Of a DNA stretch of 64,000 nt, positions 13,151-27,305 are shown one piece after another. Source of the stretch: Eledone cirrhosa (Eukaryota); the NCBI GenBank assembly GCA_964016885.1, contig OZ024746.1, positions 39,866,001 through 39,930,000 on the forward strand. The letters are read 5' to 3'. Position numbers and translations under genes: made by a program. Every line of letters starts with the position of its first letter. Position 1 is the first letter of the stretch. The notes under the pieces were generated by a model, which was not told the origin of the DNA, did not search any database, and worked only from the letters and a program-made list of their open reading frames with translations.

Positions 13151-13470
13151 GTGAAGGTACGTGGCTTAGATGTTTCAGTGGTAAGCTCACGATCATTAAG
13201 TCGTGAGTTCGATTCCCGGTACTGCGTTGTATCATTGGGGAAGATATTTTATTTCACCTTGCTCCACTGCACCCAGCTGGCAAAAATGAGTCGTACTTAT
13301 AATTCAAAGCACCAGCCTTGTTATGCCCTATATTACTCTGAATCTCCCTACGAACTACGTTAAATGCAATCGTGTCTGTTGAATGCTCAGCTTTTGCCTG
13401 TTAATTTCACAAGTAAGCAGTTCCATTGATCAAAACAACTGAAACACTCGTTGTCAGAACTAACAGAGGC
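13151..13470 (+). mobile_element. SINE family B
   Basis: gtggcttag..gagttcgattcccgg..tttatttcaccttgctccac. Further copies at about 3075-3195(+), 10720-10890(-), 32615-32860(-), 49365-49505(-) and 53697-53960(+). Confidence 0.75.
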
Positions 13471-15012
13471 TCAACACAGACACACGTAGTTACATGTGTA
13501 TGTAATTACACATAAAAGAAGGTTACTTTCTCACGAAACCTGCGTTGTTTCTATTCTCTATCCATCTTGCTAGTACAGTCAAGATCAGTTCCGATTCTCC
13601 AGTCGCCCACGTGGCTGACTGCTCTGTTGAAGTGCGGTCGATGTCAAGGAGTCTTAGAAAATATTTGGGTATGTCTTCGTCATCTTGAGAGCGTTTCACA
13701 AGGAGGTACTATATGTTTTTTATGTAAAGAGGATGGGAGCGTGAAAGACAGTCATACTCGATAGCGCGACAATAGCAATTATGTATGTAGAATCTTCTAG
13801 GTTTTTCTTTATTTTATTTATTTCTCATAAATGGAGAGAAAGCCGGTTTCTAATACAGAGACATTGCAATTTAGATATTAACTAGATAATTATATATGTA
13901 TGTATATATATATGCTATGTATGTATATGCTATGTATGTATGTATATATATATGCTATGTATGTATGTATGTGCTATGTATGTATATATATGCTATGTAT
14001 GTGTTTCGTCGGGGTCGACAAAATAAAGCACCAGTAATGAACTGGGAACGATTTAATCGACTTTCCCTTCCCCAAAAATGTGTTGGGCTTGTGCCTAAAT
14101 CAGAAACCATTATTGTATATTATTTTTCTTCCTATGCTTCACCTTTCCCCACCACTAACACCACTACCACTAACATCACCACCACTAACACCACCACTAA
14201 TACTACCACCACTACCACAACTCGCGCAGAACGTGTAATTATGTCGTTAAAGTTTGTATAAAAATGAACTTACTAATTTGATAAAAGCGACACTCCGATT
14301 ATAGTTTCAGAATGAAATACTACAAATATTACTTCTTAAAACAATAGCAATGGATTTTTATTTCATTTTCCAACATTAATATATTTGATTGTTATAAATA
14401 TAAAAGCGAAATGAAGAGTGGATAAAATATTAAGCTACACGGTGATGAGTCTCTATTCAAATCATCTGCAGAATTACCGTTGTGTTTCTGGACAAGACAC
14501 TTTATTTTGCATTGCTTCAGTTCACCTGTCGTGTTAGGAGTAAGAACTGATGGCCCGTTGATAAATAAATACTTCGTATCCCGACGAAAGGTCAAAACAG
14601 TTCATTTTATTTACCGCAACAGTGCTTGAAATAAATCAATTTCTATCTTTTATATAGTAGACATAAACATTAGCATGTCATGTTAATGAGTTATATTAAT
14701 AAAACAATATACATAAGATAACATAACACCACTAGTGACATTAATCTAACAATATACCTCATAATAATCCACACATCACAAGCCAGCAATTAATTAACTA
14801 AAACTACACAATATCGGTTTATTGATTCTAATGACTACCATCATACTGTGACTTAACAACAAATAACAGAAATTTCATCTGGTTAGCAATTAATCAATTA
14901 ATAAATTGATTCTATAACCTTAATAATTATTCTAAATGCTCTCGAAACAATTACATTCAGGATTTCCATTACTCATAAAAATTGAATTTCTGTATTAATG
15001 TTTTTAATTTTG

Positions 15013-15165
15013 AGGGTGGTGGATTAGGAAAATGGGTAGAGCGTCGGGAAAATGTTTTACAGTATCTATTCCGGCTCTTTGCGTTCTGAGTTCGAATCCC
15101 GCCGAGGTTGGCTTTGCCTTTCACCCTTACGGGGTCAATAAAATAAAATACTTGTAACGCACTTG
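15013..15165 (+). mobile_element. SINE family A
   Basis: gagttcgaatcccgccgaggttggctttgcctttcacccttacggggtcaataaaat. Confidence 0.8.
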
Positions 15166-16091
15166 TATTTATTTATTCCCCTCCTTTTTTTCTTCTTCCC
15201 TTCTTCTTTTTTGTAACTATATACAATTGAATATGACATTTTGAATCAATAAAATATTTTTTCACCAAATTCTAACTGTTATACTAAACAGCTACCCGTT
15301 TTCTTCAATGTGGTCATCTCTTCCATTAGAATTCGTCAGCAGACAACTTCATACAGTTGGCAGGTCAAATCATGCCATTTTGTTTTCATATTGCTAAGTC
15401 AGGTGAAATAGCAGTGCCCATAATACTTTTCAGATTCCCTGAAACTAGTGAGGAGGTGTAAAGTCTCCCCAAACACGAGATTTGGCCAAAACTCCAGCAA
15501 CTGGGTAGGCATCCAACAAGGTTATGATTGTGTTATGAAATGAAAGTTCTAGAAAACAACGAAATGAGACTGCTCTGGAACCTTTTGATTCTGTCTGCCC
15601 CGGGACAGCGAGGTGGCCAACGCGTGGGCCCCCATTTGCTCATATTAGTAAGAGATTAAGAGAGCAGGAGAGGTGGGGACAGTGACATTGGGAGTTTGTT
15701 TCCATTGTGTTCGGACTTGGTGTATATGTATATATTTATTTACCACACCACATTTTATTCACAGTTGTATAAATATTATTCACTACTGCCAGCTGTTAAG
15801 AATTAAGCACCAACCACCAATGTCTAATTTAACAAGATAACCCACCGTGTTACTGTATATAAATGAAAAAATCCCTTTACCAACAACAATATATTATAAA
15901 TTAATAGCTAAAACTTTAGTAAGAATAATCTTAAACATTAAACATTATTTAAAAAGAGTAACTTCTGTAGTTAAAAAAAAATGTACGTAAATACATTTGT
16001 GGGAGTGTAAACATATATATTATCATAACCGAAAGCATTTTAATGTCATTACTCTCTGTTTTCTACTTGTTTTCACTCTCTATTACTCGCC

Positions 16092-16099
16092 CTCTCTTC

Positions 16100-16174
<75 letters not shown>

Positions 16175-16310
16175 TTCTCCTTTCTTTCATCCTCTTTGTA
16201 CTCCTTTCTCTTTTTCGTTTTTAATATTTCTTATTTTCATCTCTCATTGTTACATCATTTTCTTCTCTTCCGCTTTCGCTTGCTTTCTCTCTCTCTCTCT
16301 CTCTTGCAGT

Positions 16311-16367
<57 letters not shown>

Positions 16368-16420
16368 ACTCTCTCTCTCTCTCACTCGCTCCCCTCTCTC
16401 TCTTTCAGTATATTTCTCTC
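16092..16420. repeat. (CT)n / polypyrimidine tract
   Basis: Direct reading. Confidence 0.95.
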
Positions 16421-17119
16421 CCTCTCATAGCTCCCCTGCCTTCCAGTTCCCTCAATTTACTTCTTTATTGCTCCAATTTTGAGAAGACCGTAACGAGATT
16501 TTAATGCAATATTTTTTTCCTAACATTTAATCAGATGTCAGATTTCTAAAGATTCTTTTCGACATTTCAGTCATTCTCTCTGGAAACGTCGTCGTCGACA
16601 TCATCGTCATCATCATCCTTATAAGTATTTTCATCCTCATCTTCCTTATCATCTACATCATCCACTTTATCATAATTTTAGATCTGAACAATTGTTGGCC
16701 CTCTACTAAGTACATGTACGCCCCGTCCTACACTACAGAACAGTTTACATATGTGGGAGAGAGCGACAGCTACTTGTACATCAAAACACCTTATATCGCA
16801 TTCAAACAAAAGCTCCTATTACCAAAACATGTATTCTGTAATACTCTACAGCCACCAGTCTACTTGATGAGGTATATCAACCCTGTTTCTGCTAGAGTTC
16901 CTGGACCTTTAATAAATCTGTTCGCTTTTCTTCCTTTCGTCATCCTATTCTGTCTTAACCCGAAACTCCGTTCAGATATTCATACGTCGAAATTTTTTAT
17001 CTCCTTTTTTGCCAATGATTTTTCAACACATAACAACCTGTAACAGTTTGAGCTGAATATCAAACTTACTAGCCTCGCAAGCCCTGTATATCTAGGGGAA
17101 TTGCATATTCCCCCAACTA

Positions 17120-17325
17120 AATAATGGTTACTAATTTTGGCACAAAACCAGCAATTTTGGGGAATGGAAAGTTGGTTATATAAACCACAGTACTTGATTG
17201 ATACTTATTTTATCGAACTCGGAAGGTTGAAAAGCAAAGTTGACCACAGCGAGAAAGTAATTAGCTGGAAGAAATACGACTAAACATTTGTCTGCCGTTC
17301 TAACGATTCTGCCAATCCACCACCC
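17120..17325 (-). mobile_element. SINE family A, older subfamily
   Basis: ggcacaaaaccagcaatttt tail, core, and ctgccaatccaccaccc head. Confidence 0.75.
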
Positions 17326-17408
17326 TCTTCCCACTTCCTTCCTGTCGTGTACACATTGCAGTATGACCAATTCTACCCTGTGGTAAACCATTAAATTTAA
17401 ACGTATAT

Positions 17409-17493
<85 letters not shown>

Positions 17494-18358
17494 ATTTAAG
17501 TAAAGCCATGCGTGTGGAATAATTAAACCATTGGTTATTTACGGATTTTCTCCCAACTAATCTTTATATTGGTTATGTCCGTTATAGCTTTGCTAAACGG
17601 CAAGACAGTAAAATAACCAATACCACAATACAAGAAAATAAATTTTCTGATCGATTCAATGCGTAAAAAAGAAAGAAATTTGTAGATAGTGAGTGAGAAG
17701 TGTAACTCTGATTGATACACGCAAGATCTCCATACATTAACTTCGATTGAACTGTATGTTAATGCTGGCTGTGGCAAATCTGTAAATTGATAAAATGTTC
17801 AAAGAACATATAATGTAAAGTATCTTTTCTAAAGAGATAATTCCTTACGGTATGGAATCATTGAAGTTATTATCATATTAGAATCTAAAATCACTGAATT
17901 GTTTATCACATTAGAGACAGAAATATTAGTAAATGGAAGCAATGCAAAGACTGATGATTAGAATATTGAATGCTGTTAACCTTACACTAGCGGTATCTGT
18001 ATACATACATGAATAGACCAACATGCGAATACAAACATTCATATAACCGCATAAGTGGCGTAAATTAGTCAGTAGTGAACACGTATTCTAAAACAACACG
18101 TTTTTGTTTTTCTAAATACTCTAACTTGAAAAACACTTTTATTGTATTTTTATGTGTTGTTTATATTTAATTATACATTATATATGTAATTATACAGTGT
18201 ATAAGTCTTAATGTTTAAATATGTGTTCTGTACAATACGCCAAATATTTGATTGTAATATCTTTAAAGTTGTACAGAAACAATAACACACGTATACATAC
18301 ATACATACATACATACATACATACATACATACATACATACATACATACATACATACAT

Positions 18359-18966
18359 AGTGGCTGCCAACTCGTTTTCGAGTACGGCCACTACTTTATA
18401 TCCATGTAGGAGAATCCCTACCGATGCGCTGAACGAGTGTGACTTTTTAGTCCAGCCAGCGACTTGAAAACTCTGGTACAAACTGTGACACTTGTGACAA
18501 TTATTGACACATAGTGCTGGGCCCATGCTACCATGTGACGACAAGTGCAGAGAGATCTCCAGATATAAAGCAATGCCTGTGCCATGAAGCTCTTATAGTG
18601 AGCAAAGGCAGTGCACAAAGCCAGTCCCACACTCTTAACCAAGATGATATTTACCAAAAGGAAGAACAAGTCAACATCATTGGATACCATCAGGGTTGCA
18701 GATGTTATATCAGAGTTTTCCTTCTCCTAGAATTCTGCCTTGACAAAGGCTAAGGGGTCATCTCTCCCGGTGATTTTGGATGGCCATTGACTCTTAAGAG
18801 CTCCTTTGCCCTTTAACAGGTTTTGTTTTTAGTCCTGCAGGATGTCCAAAGTCACCCTCCTCACCAAGAAACCTTGGTGGGGTTGCCAGTTTAGTCGCCA
18901 ACGACCCGACCACGAGACAGGTTGTACTGGGATACATGTTACCAGTAGCACAAACTGGTGACCTGA
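18359..18966 (-). mobile_element. Internally deleted (non-autonomous) RTE-derived retroelement between (TACA)n tracts
   Basis: 3' part encodes an RTE-type C-terminal Zn-finger remnant (VCTRVFKSLAGLKSHTRSAHR*); 5' part has an RTE-5'UTR-like motif ggagaaggaaaactctga; second copy at 50249-50701. Confidence 0.75.
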
Positions 18967-19190
18967 CATACATACATACATACATACATACATACATACA
19001 TACATACATACATACATACATACATACATACATACATACATCTCTATTGGCAAAAATTTGTGAAATTATAAAACCAGAAGAACATACATATATTTATACA
19101 CCCATAAATGCATACACACACATATATATATATATAGAGAGAGATATAAATGTATAGATATACATATACATACACGCAACTGCACATACA

Positions 19191-19249
<59 letters not shown>

Positions 19250-20086
19250 CCCTCGTGGACTCAACTCCCCTTCCCAAGTTCTTTAATATTACACATATAC
19301 GTTCGTGCTTACTTCTCTACCATTTGCCCCGTCATGTTTACGCCGTCCGTCATCACATACACGCTTGTATATTCACCCCTAGATTCCTATGGCTCTCTTA
19401 TGGTCAGAAACATACTCTTACAGCTGATACAGACCAACAAAATACGCAAACTCTGCTTTTCCCTTCACAATTCTGTATATACACACACACCCTTATATTA
19501 ACATACTTTTGCTCACAGCTTCGTACTTACAAGCACACATACACTCTTTTACTTACATATACACACACATATCCTCTTAGCTTCATACGGACGTATAATG
19601 ACACACACGCGCGCGCATACGCACGCGCACACGTATAGCTCTATATAGAAAACATTTTTTTTTGTCCATTTCAGGTAGACGCGCTCCAACATATCTTTTC
19701 TAAAAAAAAGTATACCATACACAAAACGCCAGCATCAACAATTTTCCAAGAGATTATTTTTCTCTAAAAAAATTTTTTCTATGCCGCCCTGCCCGTCCCC
19801 TCAATCTTTCTAATTTCTCATTCTTTATTCTGGTGAAAGACGAGCGTCCGAAACGTTAAGACCCTCCTCCTGCTATTTCAAGCGTTAAACTAATATATTC
19901 CTTCCATATACGTTATTCATCTTTATTTGTGTAATTCTACCTGTTTTGTTGCGTCCCAATGGACATTGGAATAAATAGTCAACCTTTATAAATTCTGAAA
20001 CTTTGGTGATTTCCAGAGGTTAACTGATGAGATGGGACTGTCCGTTTTTCCGTTGAATTTTTTTCTGATGTTCTTGTCCTGTTTTG

Positions 20087-20189
<103 letters not shown>

Positions 20190-20662
20190 CGTGCGTGTGT
20201 GTATTCCACATTTATTTCTCATATACTCAAATATAACAGCTTTAAAAATCATATTAGTTCAGCCGAAATGTGTTCCGTTCAATGCACATATAAATCCTAT
20301 TTTGAATACTACTGTGCTAGTTTTTACCCCCATAGTTGAGTTCTCTGAGTGTATTTTTATCTTAACAAAAGCATTTAGCAAGTCTGAAAGGAACTTTCGT
20401 TAATTTTGTCTGATTCCTATTCTCGATTCGTTTGAAACTCTGGCTAATCAAAAGCTACTATCGTCTTTTTTGTTTAACGAAGCAAGTTGCAAGTTCAGTT
20501 TGCAGAAACTGAGCCAGTATTTAATATGTATTTTGACCTGTGTTTGGTTTATGATTGTTTTGTGTGGTTTGACTCTCTTTCACATTTATCATTTCAACTA
20601 ATTTCACTATTCTAGATATTATACCTCGGATTACATAGGTCAGAATATATTGCGTTATATAG

Positions 20663-21530
<868 letters not shown>

Positions 21531-22030
21531 GAATATGTGTTGGTTAGTTGCCGACACTTCAGTATGCAGGCTAGAGCAGTCAACGAAGTGTGCAGGTGGG
21601 TCTGTTTACTCCGGAGAAATTTCAAAACAAGAAGTGTAAGTCAACAGGTTAAAATTAACTTCGTTTATTCATAGAGAGGGCGATTGAGAGAGACAGTATC
21701 GTAAAAGATATAGAGGGAGGAGTTTGTGATGGATAGAGAGAGAACGATTACGAGAGAGTGTGGAAGAAATGGCGAGGGGAGAGAGAAAGAATAATGGGAT
21801 AGTGCCGTGTAGTAGACATAGAGAGGGTCCCAAATAATAGGAGGGGGAAAATGGGGGAGGGGATGGTAATTGTATAGTTTACTTTCGTAAATACAGGATT
21901 TCTTGTAATGTTTTTTTTTGTCGTATATAATGTTTTTTAATGTAAAATAAAATAATTAGACCTGAGAGTACGTGAATTATTGACGGACGTAAGAATGAAA
22001 ATTCAATACCGAAGCAGAGTTTAAATATTC

Positions 22031-22171
22031 ATTTATTATGGCTAAGTAATGAGCCTTGTTACTCTGGCGTCTCACCTGCATACTCTCAGGATCATCAGAC
22101 AAGACTGGTGATCCTGTGAGTGCGCAGGTGAAACTTTAGAATAATACAGCTCACCAATAGCCATAATAAAT
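22031..22171. repeat. Decayed inverted repeat carrying two degenerate hammerhead cores
   Basis: (-) CTGATGA TCCTG..CAGGT GAGAC and (+) CTGGTGA TCCTG..CAGGT GAAAC; outer arms atttattatggcta/tagccataataaat. Confidence 0.65.
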
Positions 22172-22629
22172 CAATGTATATATATGAGATGAATAAATTG
22201 GGTACAATACCAGTTTATTACCAAATACGAAGAAGCTCGATATATCAACCCCTTAGGGAAGTGTACAGAGCATTATTTTTTTTACATTATATATATAGTA
22301 ACGTGTTCCTGCCGTTTCGATGGCGAATGGATAACTGAATTATTTTTCTTTCAGTTCTTCTAATTTAATTGACATGTAGAGGAAGTGGGTCTAAATAGAG
22401 AAATTGGTAAAGTAGTATGAGGAGAAAAGTTACGAAGTGTCCTGTTTTGTGGTTAGCTCGATTATAACGACTGTAAGTACTGAAGAATCTGCCTGTCAGC
22501 GTGTGAGTGGGGAGGGCAATAAACAAAATACTGTTGAAATTTTGATTTATGTATTATTCCCCCCACCCCCGTAAGGGATGTGTAATTAAGTTTGAGGGCT
22601 ACAGTGGTGCTTTGCGTACGTGTTTTTTG

Positions 22630-22810
22630 GAGGGTGGTGTATGTGGCAGAGTCGTTAAGACGTCAGATAGAATGCTTTACGGTATTCATCTCACCTCTTT
22701 GCGCGCTCTGAGTTCAAATCCCGCCGGGGTCAACTTTGCCTTTCATCCTTTCGAGGTCTATAAAAAAAGTACCAGTCCAGTACTGGGGGTCAATTCTTCC
22801 TCTATAGAAA
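22630..22810 (+). mobile_element. SINE family A variant; a closely related copy lies at 41458-41630 (-)
   Basis: Both copies end gtaccagtccagtactgggg..ttcctctatagaaa. Confidence 0.8.
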
Positions 22811-23794
22811 TTAATTTACCACTGCTGTTATAGATAAATACCTATACATTCATGGTCCCGTAACTCCCGAGCGAGCATTTCTTAAGACATATTTAAAACT
22901 GGCAGAACCCATCTCCTCTCCATGTCTGAATACAGCAGATTTCTTCCAGAGAAGGAATTGAAAGAATGGAAGTGAGGAAGAGATATAGAGGAAGAATTGA
23001 CATCAGTACTTGACTGCTACTTTTTTTATCGACCTCGAATTGATGTTAGTCCCTCCCTAAAAACAAAGTAACTATAGTCACTCGCTAAAAATGAAGTAAA
23101 ATAAAGTAAAATTACCGCATCGATTTGATTACTATCCGTACCTAGACCATCCCACCAATCCTCAAACGTCGATTGGTCAACTGCCATTGATACTACTTAA
23201 TTGATCACACCTATGAAACTCATCTCTCACCCACAGAGATAATTATTTTTCTGAAGAGTGCAACAACAATATATCCTGATGCAGTGTGAGATAATCAATT
23301 GCACAACAGTTCAGATTTCAGAAGCAAAAGAAAAAAGTTTGCTGTGTCGAAACACGAGTTAGAATTTTCTATGACCTACGATCAATATATAGAGGATGTC
23401 TCCAAAAAATGTATACACAACAAACTCTTTTTAAAATGCATTAAAATAAATTGTTTTATATGCTTTATTTACATACAATTGAATTATATCTCTAGATCAT
23501 TTTATTTTTGGGAAAGGTTGTGCATTCTAATAAATATTGCCTGTATAAGTAATCAAAGTGCGTATTTTTTTTTGGGGGGGGGGGGGCATCCTTTATATAT
23601 AGCCGGTAGCTCGAAGATATGGGGTTCAATTCCTCATGGCAGTCAATGACAACTTCTTTTTCTGTCTTTAAAGGATATTCACCCTATTTTATAAGATATC
23701 TTTACAGCATTTCTGCGCTTGCACACTTTCTTTATACTTATGTATATACATATATTCTCAGCGCTTCAAAACGCCGAAAATTCGGGTTTGTACA

Positions 23795-23854
<60 letters not shown>

Positions 23855-23859
<5 letters not shown>

Positions 23860-24056
23860 AAAAAGTAAGACCCCGACGGCAGAGCTCAAGCCGTTTCGAC
23901 GGGTATTTCTAGACTCTTAAGTCTAGAAGTAGCCGTCGAAACGGCTTGAGCTCTGCCGTCGGGGTGATACTTTTTCCTATTACCCACTCTACTACCCTAA
24001 GTATTGAGTACTCTGGTGCGTTATGGTCCATCTGGTTCCTTACCACAATTCCTTCG

Positions 24057-24060
<4 letters not shown>
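23855..24060. mobile_element. Fold-back element (~60-bp arms, 4-nt loop, 80-nt extension) in (TA)n; a rearranged relative lies at 1793-1885
   Basis: Hairpin 23855-23980; shares gtcgaaacggcttgagctctgccg with the 1793-1885 insert, and its right end matches ataacgaaggaagtgtggtaaggaac there in reverse. Confidence 0.75.
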
Positions 24061-24114
<54 letters not shown>

Positions 24115-24759
24115 AACGGATAATTAATTATTAAATAATTGCATTTAAACGAAACCTATACATGTAGTTACCTAGGTTGGTTTACTTGTTTCTGTGTATT
24201 TGTATCAAAGTGTTTGGTTATGAGTGCTTTCCCAGGAGTATACTTTAGCATATATATGTATATAGCATTGCTTTAAATCTCTTTTTTTTTATAGTAAGTA
24301 GTTGCAGATAATTCTAACTATCGTGAAATGAAGAAGATAACTTTATTCCTTGGTAATGTTACACAAGTTCCATGTATTTTCAAAAAATTCCAAAACAAAA
24401 ACAAAACAATAATAAATAAAATAAAATTATGAGGGAAGTAAGTGTTTTTTTTTATCTTTATCATCAAAAATGTAATCTTTCTTATTCAACAACTTAGACA
24501 GAAATGGTTGATTGATAATGGTGCTATATAATTATGCGTTCTATGTACATACATACGTAAGTACGTGCATGCATATATATATGGAGAGAGAGAGAGAAAC
24601 AAAGTGAGAGAGAGAAAGAGAAAAAAAGAAAGAGGGGGAGTCTCATGTTCGTTCTAAATATGGTACGTGGAAACTTTTCAATCACTGAAACTATCCTTGC
24701 AAAGTATATCCTCCTGAAGTATATTATAGGAAATGCCTCAATTTCTTTATAATTCAGAT

Positions 24760-25090
24760 TAGTATGGTCAAGAGGTTAAGAAATTAGCTTCGCAATCATG
24801 AAGACCATGGTTCGATTAATCAGTCTGGCATCTTGAGCAAGTTCCTTTTATCAAAGCCTGGTGAGTGAAATTCTAAAGACGGAAACAATGTGGCAGTATG
24901 TCGACTAAACTGCACGTGTAATTGAAAGGGTTAACATTACCACACGCTGTGCCATGCTGATTCTGTTTGAAAATTGCATTAATAATTTACAATTCTGTGG
25001 AATACTGAGCTACTTACACTATAGTTAAAAGAGCAAGCAGTTGTGTTGATCGAACAACTGAAATATTCATCATTAAAACCGACGGAGGAT
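24760..25090 (+). mobile_element. Old tRNA-derived SINE with a different head and a tail shared with family B
   Basis: tggtcaagaggttaag A box, ggttcgatt B box; tail resembles 13330-13465. Confidence 0.55.
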
Positions 25091-25149
25091 ACATTTAATT
25101 CTTTTTAGTGTATAGATTGTGTACATGGACATTACATGCATGTGTTTGG

Positions 25150-25189
<40 letters not shown>

Positions 25190-25214
25190 ATATATATTAT
25201 ATTATATTATATCG

Positions 25215-25405
25215 GTTACGGTGGATTGGCAGTATCGGTAGAGGGTCGAACGCCATGCTTTGACGCATAGAGTTACGGTCCTTGCCATTCTGAGTTCAAA
25301 TCCCGCCGAGGTTAACTTTGCCTTTCATCCTTACGGAGTCGATAAAATAAAGTACCAGTAATGCACTGGGTAATTGCTGGCCTTGTGCCAAAAGTAGAAA
25401 CAATT
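25215..25405 (+). mobile_element. SINE family A, young
   Basis: A and B boxes, core and ggccttgtgccaaaagtagaaacaatt tail. Confidence 0.9.
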
Positions 25406-27108
25406 ATATTATATTATATATCATATTATTTCAAGGGCCAAGTTTGACCATTCCTCCAGAATACAAGAGGCATCAAATTAGTGACCTTTCTTTGAGCGCT
25501 TATACAAGTTTATAAAACCTTAGGTGGCGCTTTTGTTCTCTGTATGAACATAAATAAATAATATAATACTTCTGCTCTCATCACTGTTTTCCTTTTTCCT
25601 TTCTCACTACTTATATTGATATATATATAAACAAACATATTATGCCTGTGTATGTGTTTGTTTATGTATCTGTGTGAATGTGTGCGTGTGTGCTTGTCTT
25701 TGGTCATCATGGGATTCGATGGATAACCATAAGTTTGTACACGTCCGAATTTGTTAAGTGATTCAGTTAAATGAATTAAACGATACAATTATGTTAATTA
25801 CTAGGTCATTAGTCAAATTTGAGAAGGGATTTCAGAGAGAAAATGAACAACCATTAATAACAGATTAACCTTCAATTAAACTTCTTTAGTGCGGTCCTCA
25901 GTTGTTCGTTTGTTTCCGTTGAAACTTCTATCAGTTTTCCCTGTCTTCTCTCCGCCAATTTATTATCGATTGCTTAGCTTACTGCAATCCTTCTTGAACG
26001 TCAATCTTGCTGAGGCTGTTTCAAATAACGCTTTAGCTCTTAACCTTCCGTACCACGTGAAACCTCATTAGCAAGAAGATTCTTGAAAAGTATCAAACAG
26101 CACTATATTAACAATTGAAGTATTTACCCCGTGCTCTAGATTTTGCCTTATTTGAAACAAAGCTGTTTGTCAACTTCTTAAACGAGTGATTTGATATAAT
26201 GTGTCATGACTTTCAGTCATTCGAGGTCGACAAAAAAGTACCAGTCAAGTACTGGGGTCGATTCTTCCATTCTCTCACTCACTATCCTTGTCTGGAAGAA
26301 ATCAGCTGTACTCAGACCTGGAGATAAGAGGGGATCCGCAAATGTTCACAACAATATGTCCAATAGTAAAGATATTATATAGATTTCTATGAACAAGCCC
26401 ATATTTAGATATTTTCTACTAGGGTGTTAAGAGTTAATGACTGAAAGCATATTATTTCAGTGTAATCTTGTCTTGAAGATAAATAGACCAACTCCGATGA
26501 AATGTTTCTCTGTGTTCATAGAAAGGCTCGGGGAGTTTAATTCTAGTGTGTGAGTTTGTTTTATGATACAACTTTCAAAACTGGAAATGACAGCAAACCA
26601 CTAAACTCTACCGTAGTAGCAATCATATTTTATCCCGGGGCACTGCCTATTACTAGACTTTCCCAATACATATACATACATACATACATACATACAAACA
26701 GACAGACAGACAGACAGACATTACATACATACACACATACGTTACATACAGACAGACAGACAGATATACAAACAGAGAGGCAGACAGACGGACATTACAT
26801 GCGTACATACAGGCATACATGAAATATATACAAACATGCATGCATACAAGTTGACCTTTGTCTATCAAAGGGTCTTATGCAATAATGTTTATCATATATC
26901 GGCCCACAACACTAAAAAGATAATTCAATATTGTATGTAGTACAGAAGACACTATATATTTCACAAAGTAAATTATAAACATTTGATCAAGATAAAGCTA
27001 AGTGAATAATGTAAAGGAAACGAAGTTGTTTAAATTAACAGATTCGGATTTAAAGAGTATTTAACAAACCTTAAATTTAAAAGATTGTTTATGTAATCCT
27101 GATATTAC

Positions 27109-27305
27109 AGGGTGGTGGATTGGCATACTATATGGCATAGGGTTTCGCCCCTTTACGATCTGAGTTCAAATCCTGCCGAGGTTAGCTTTGCCTTTCATCC
27201 TTAAGGAATCGATAAAATAAAGTACCAGTAATGCACTACGGTAGATTTAATCCACTCTCCCCTCACCAAAATTGTTGGCCTTGTGTCTAAATTAGAAACC
27301 GATAT
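27109..27305 (+). mobile_element. SINE family A
   Basis: Head, B box, core and tail all recognisable. Confidence 0.85.

Noticed and set aside
18880-18966. HDV-like ribozyme at the head of the RTE-derived element
   Set aside because: Could not assign P1/P1.1/P3 consistently by eye; left as an untested hypothesis.
19822-19862. CTGGTGA..GACG/CGTC..GAAACGTTA hammerhead-like motif
   Set aside because: A6 is mutated and stem I is poor; counted only as a decayed remnant.
20019-20050. CTGATGAG followed by a hairpin
   Set aside because: No GAAA or stem III follows; at most a truncated half motif.
26480-26540. CCGATGA...GAAA pattern
   Set aside because: Non-canonical core and weak stems; compatible with chance.
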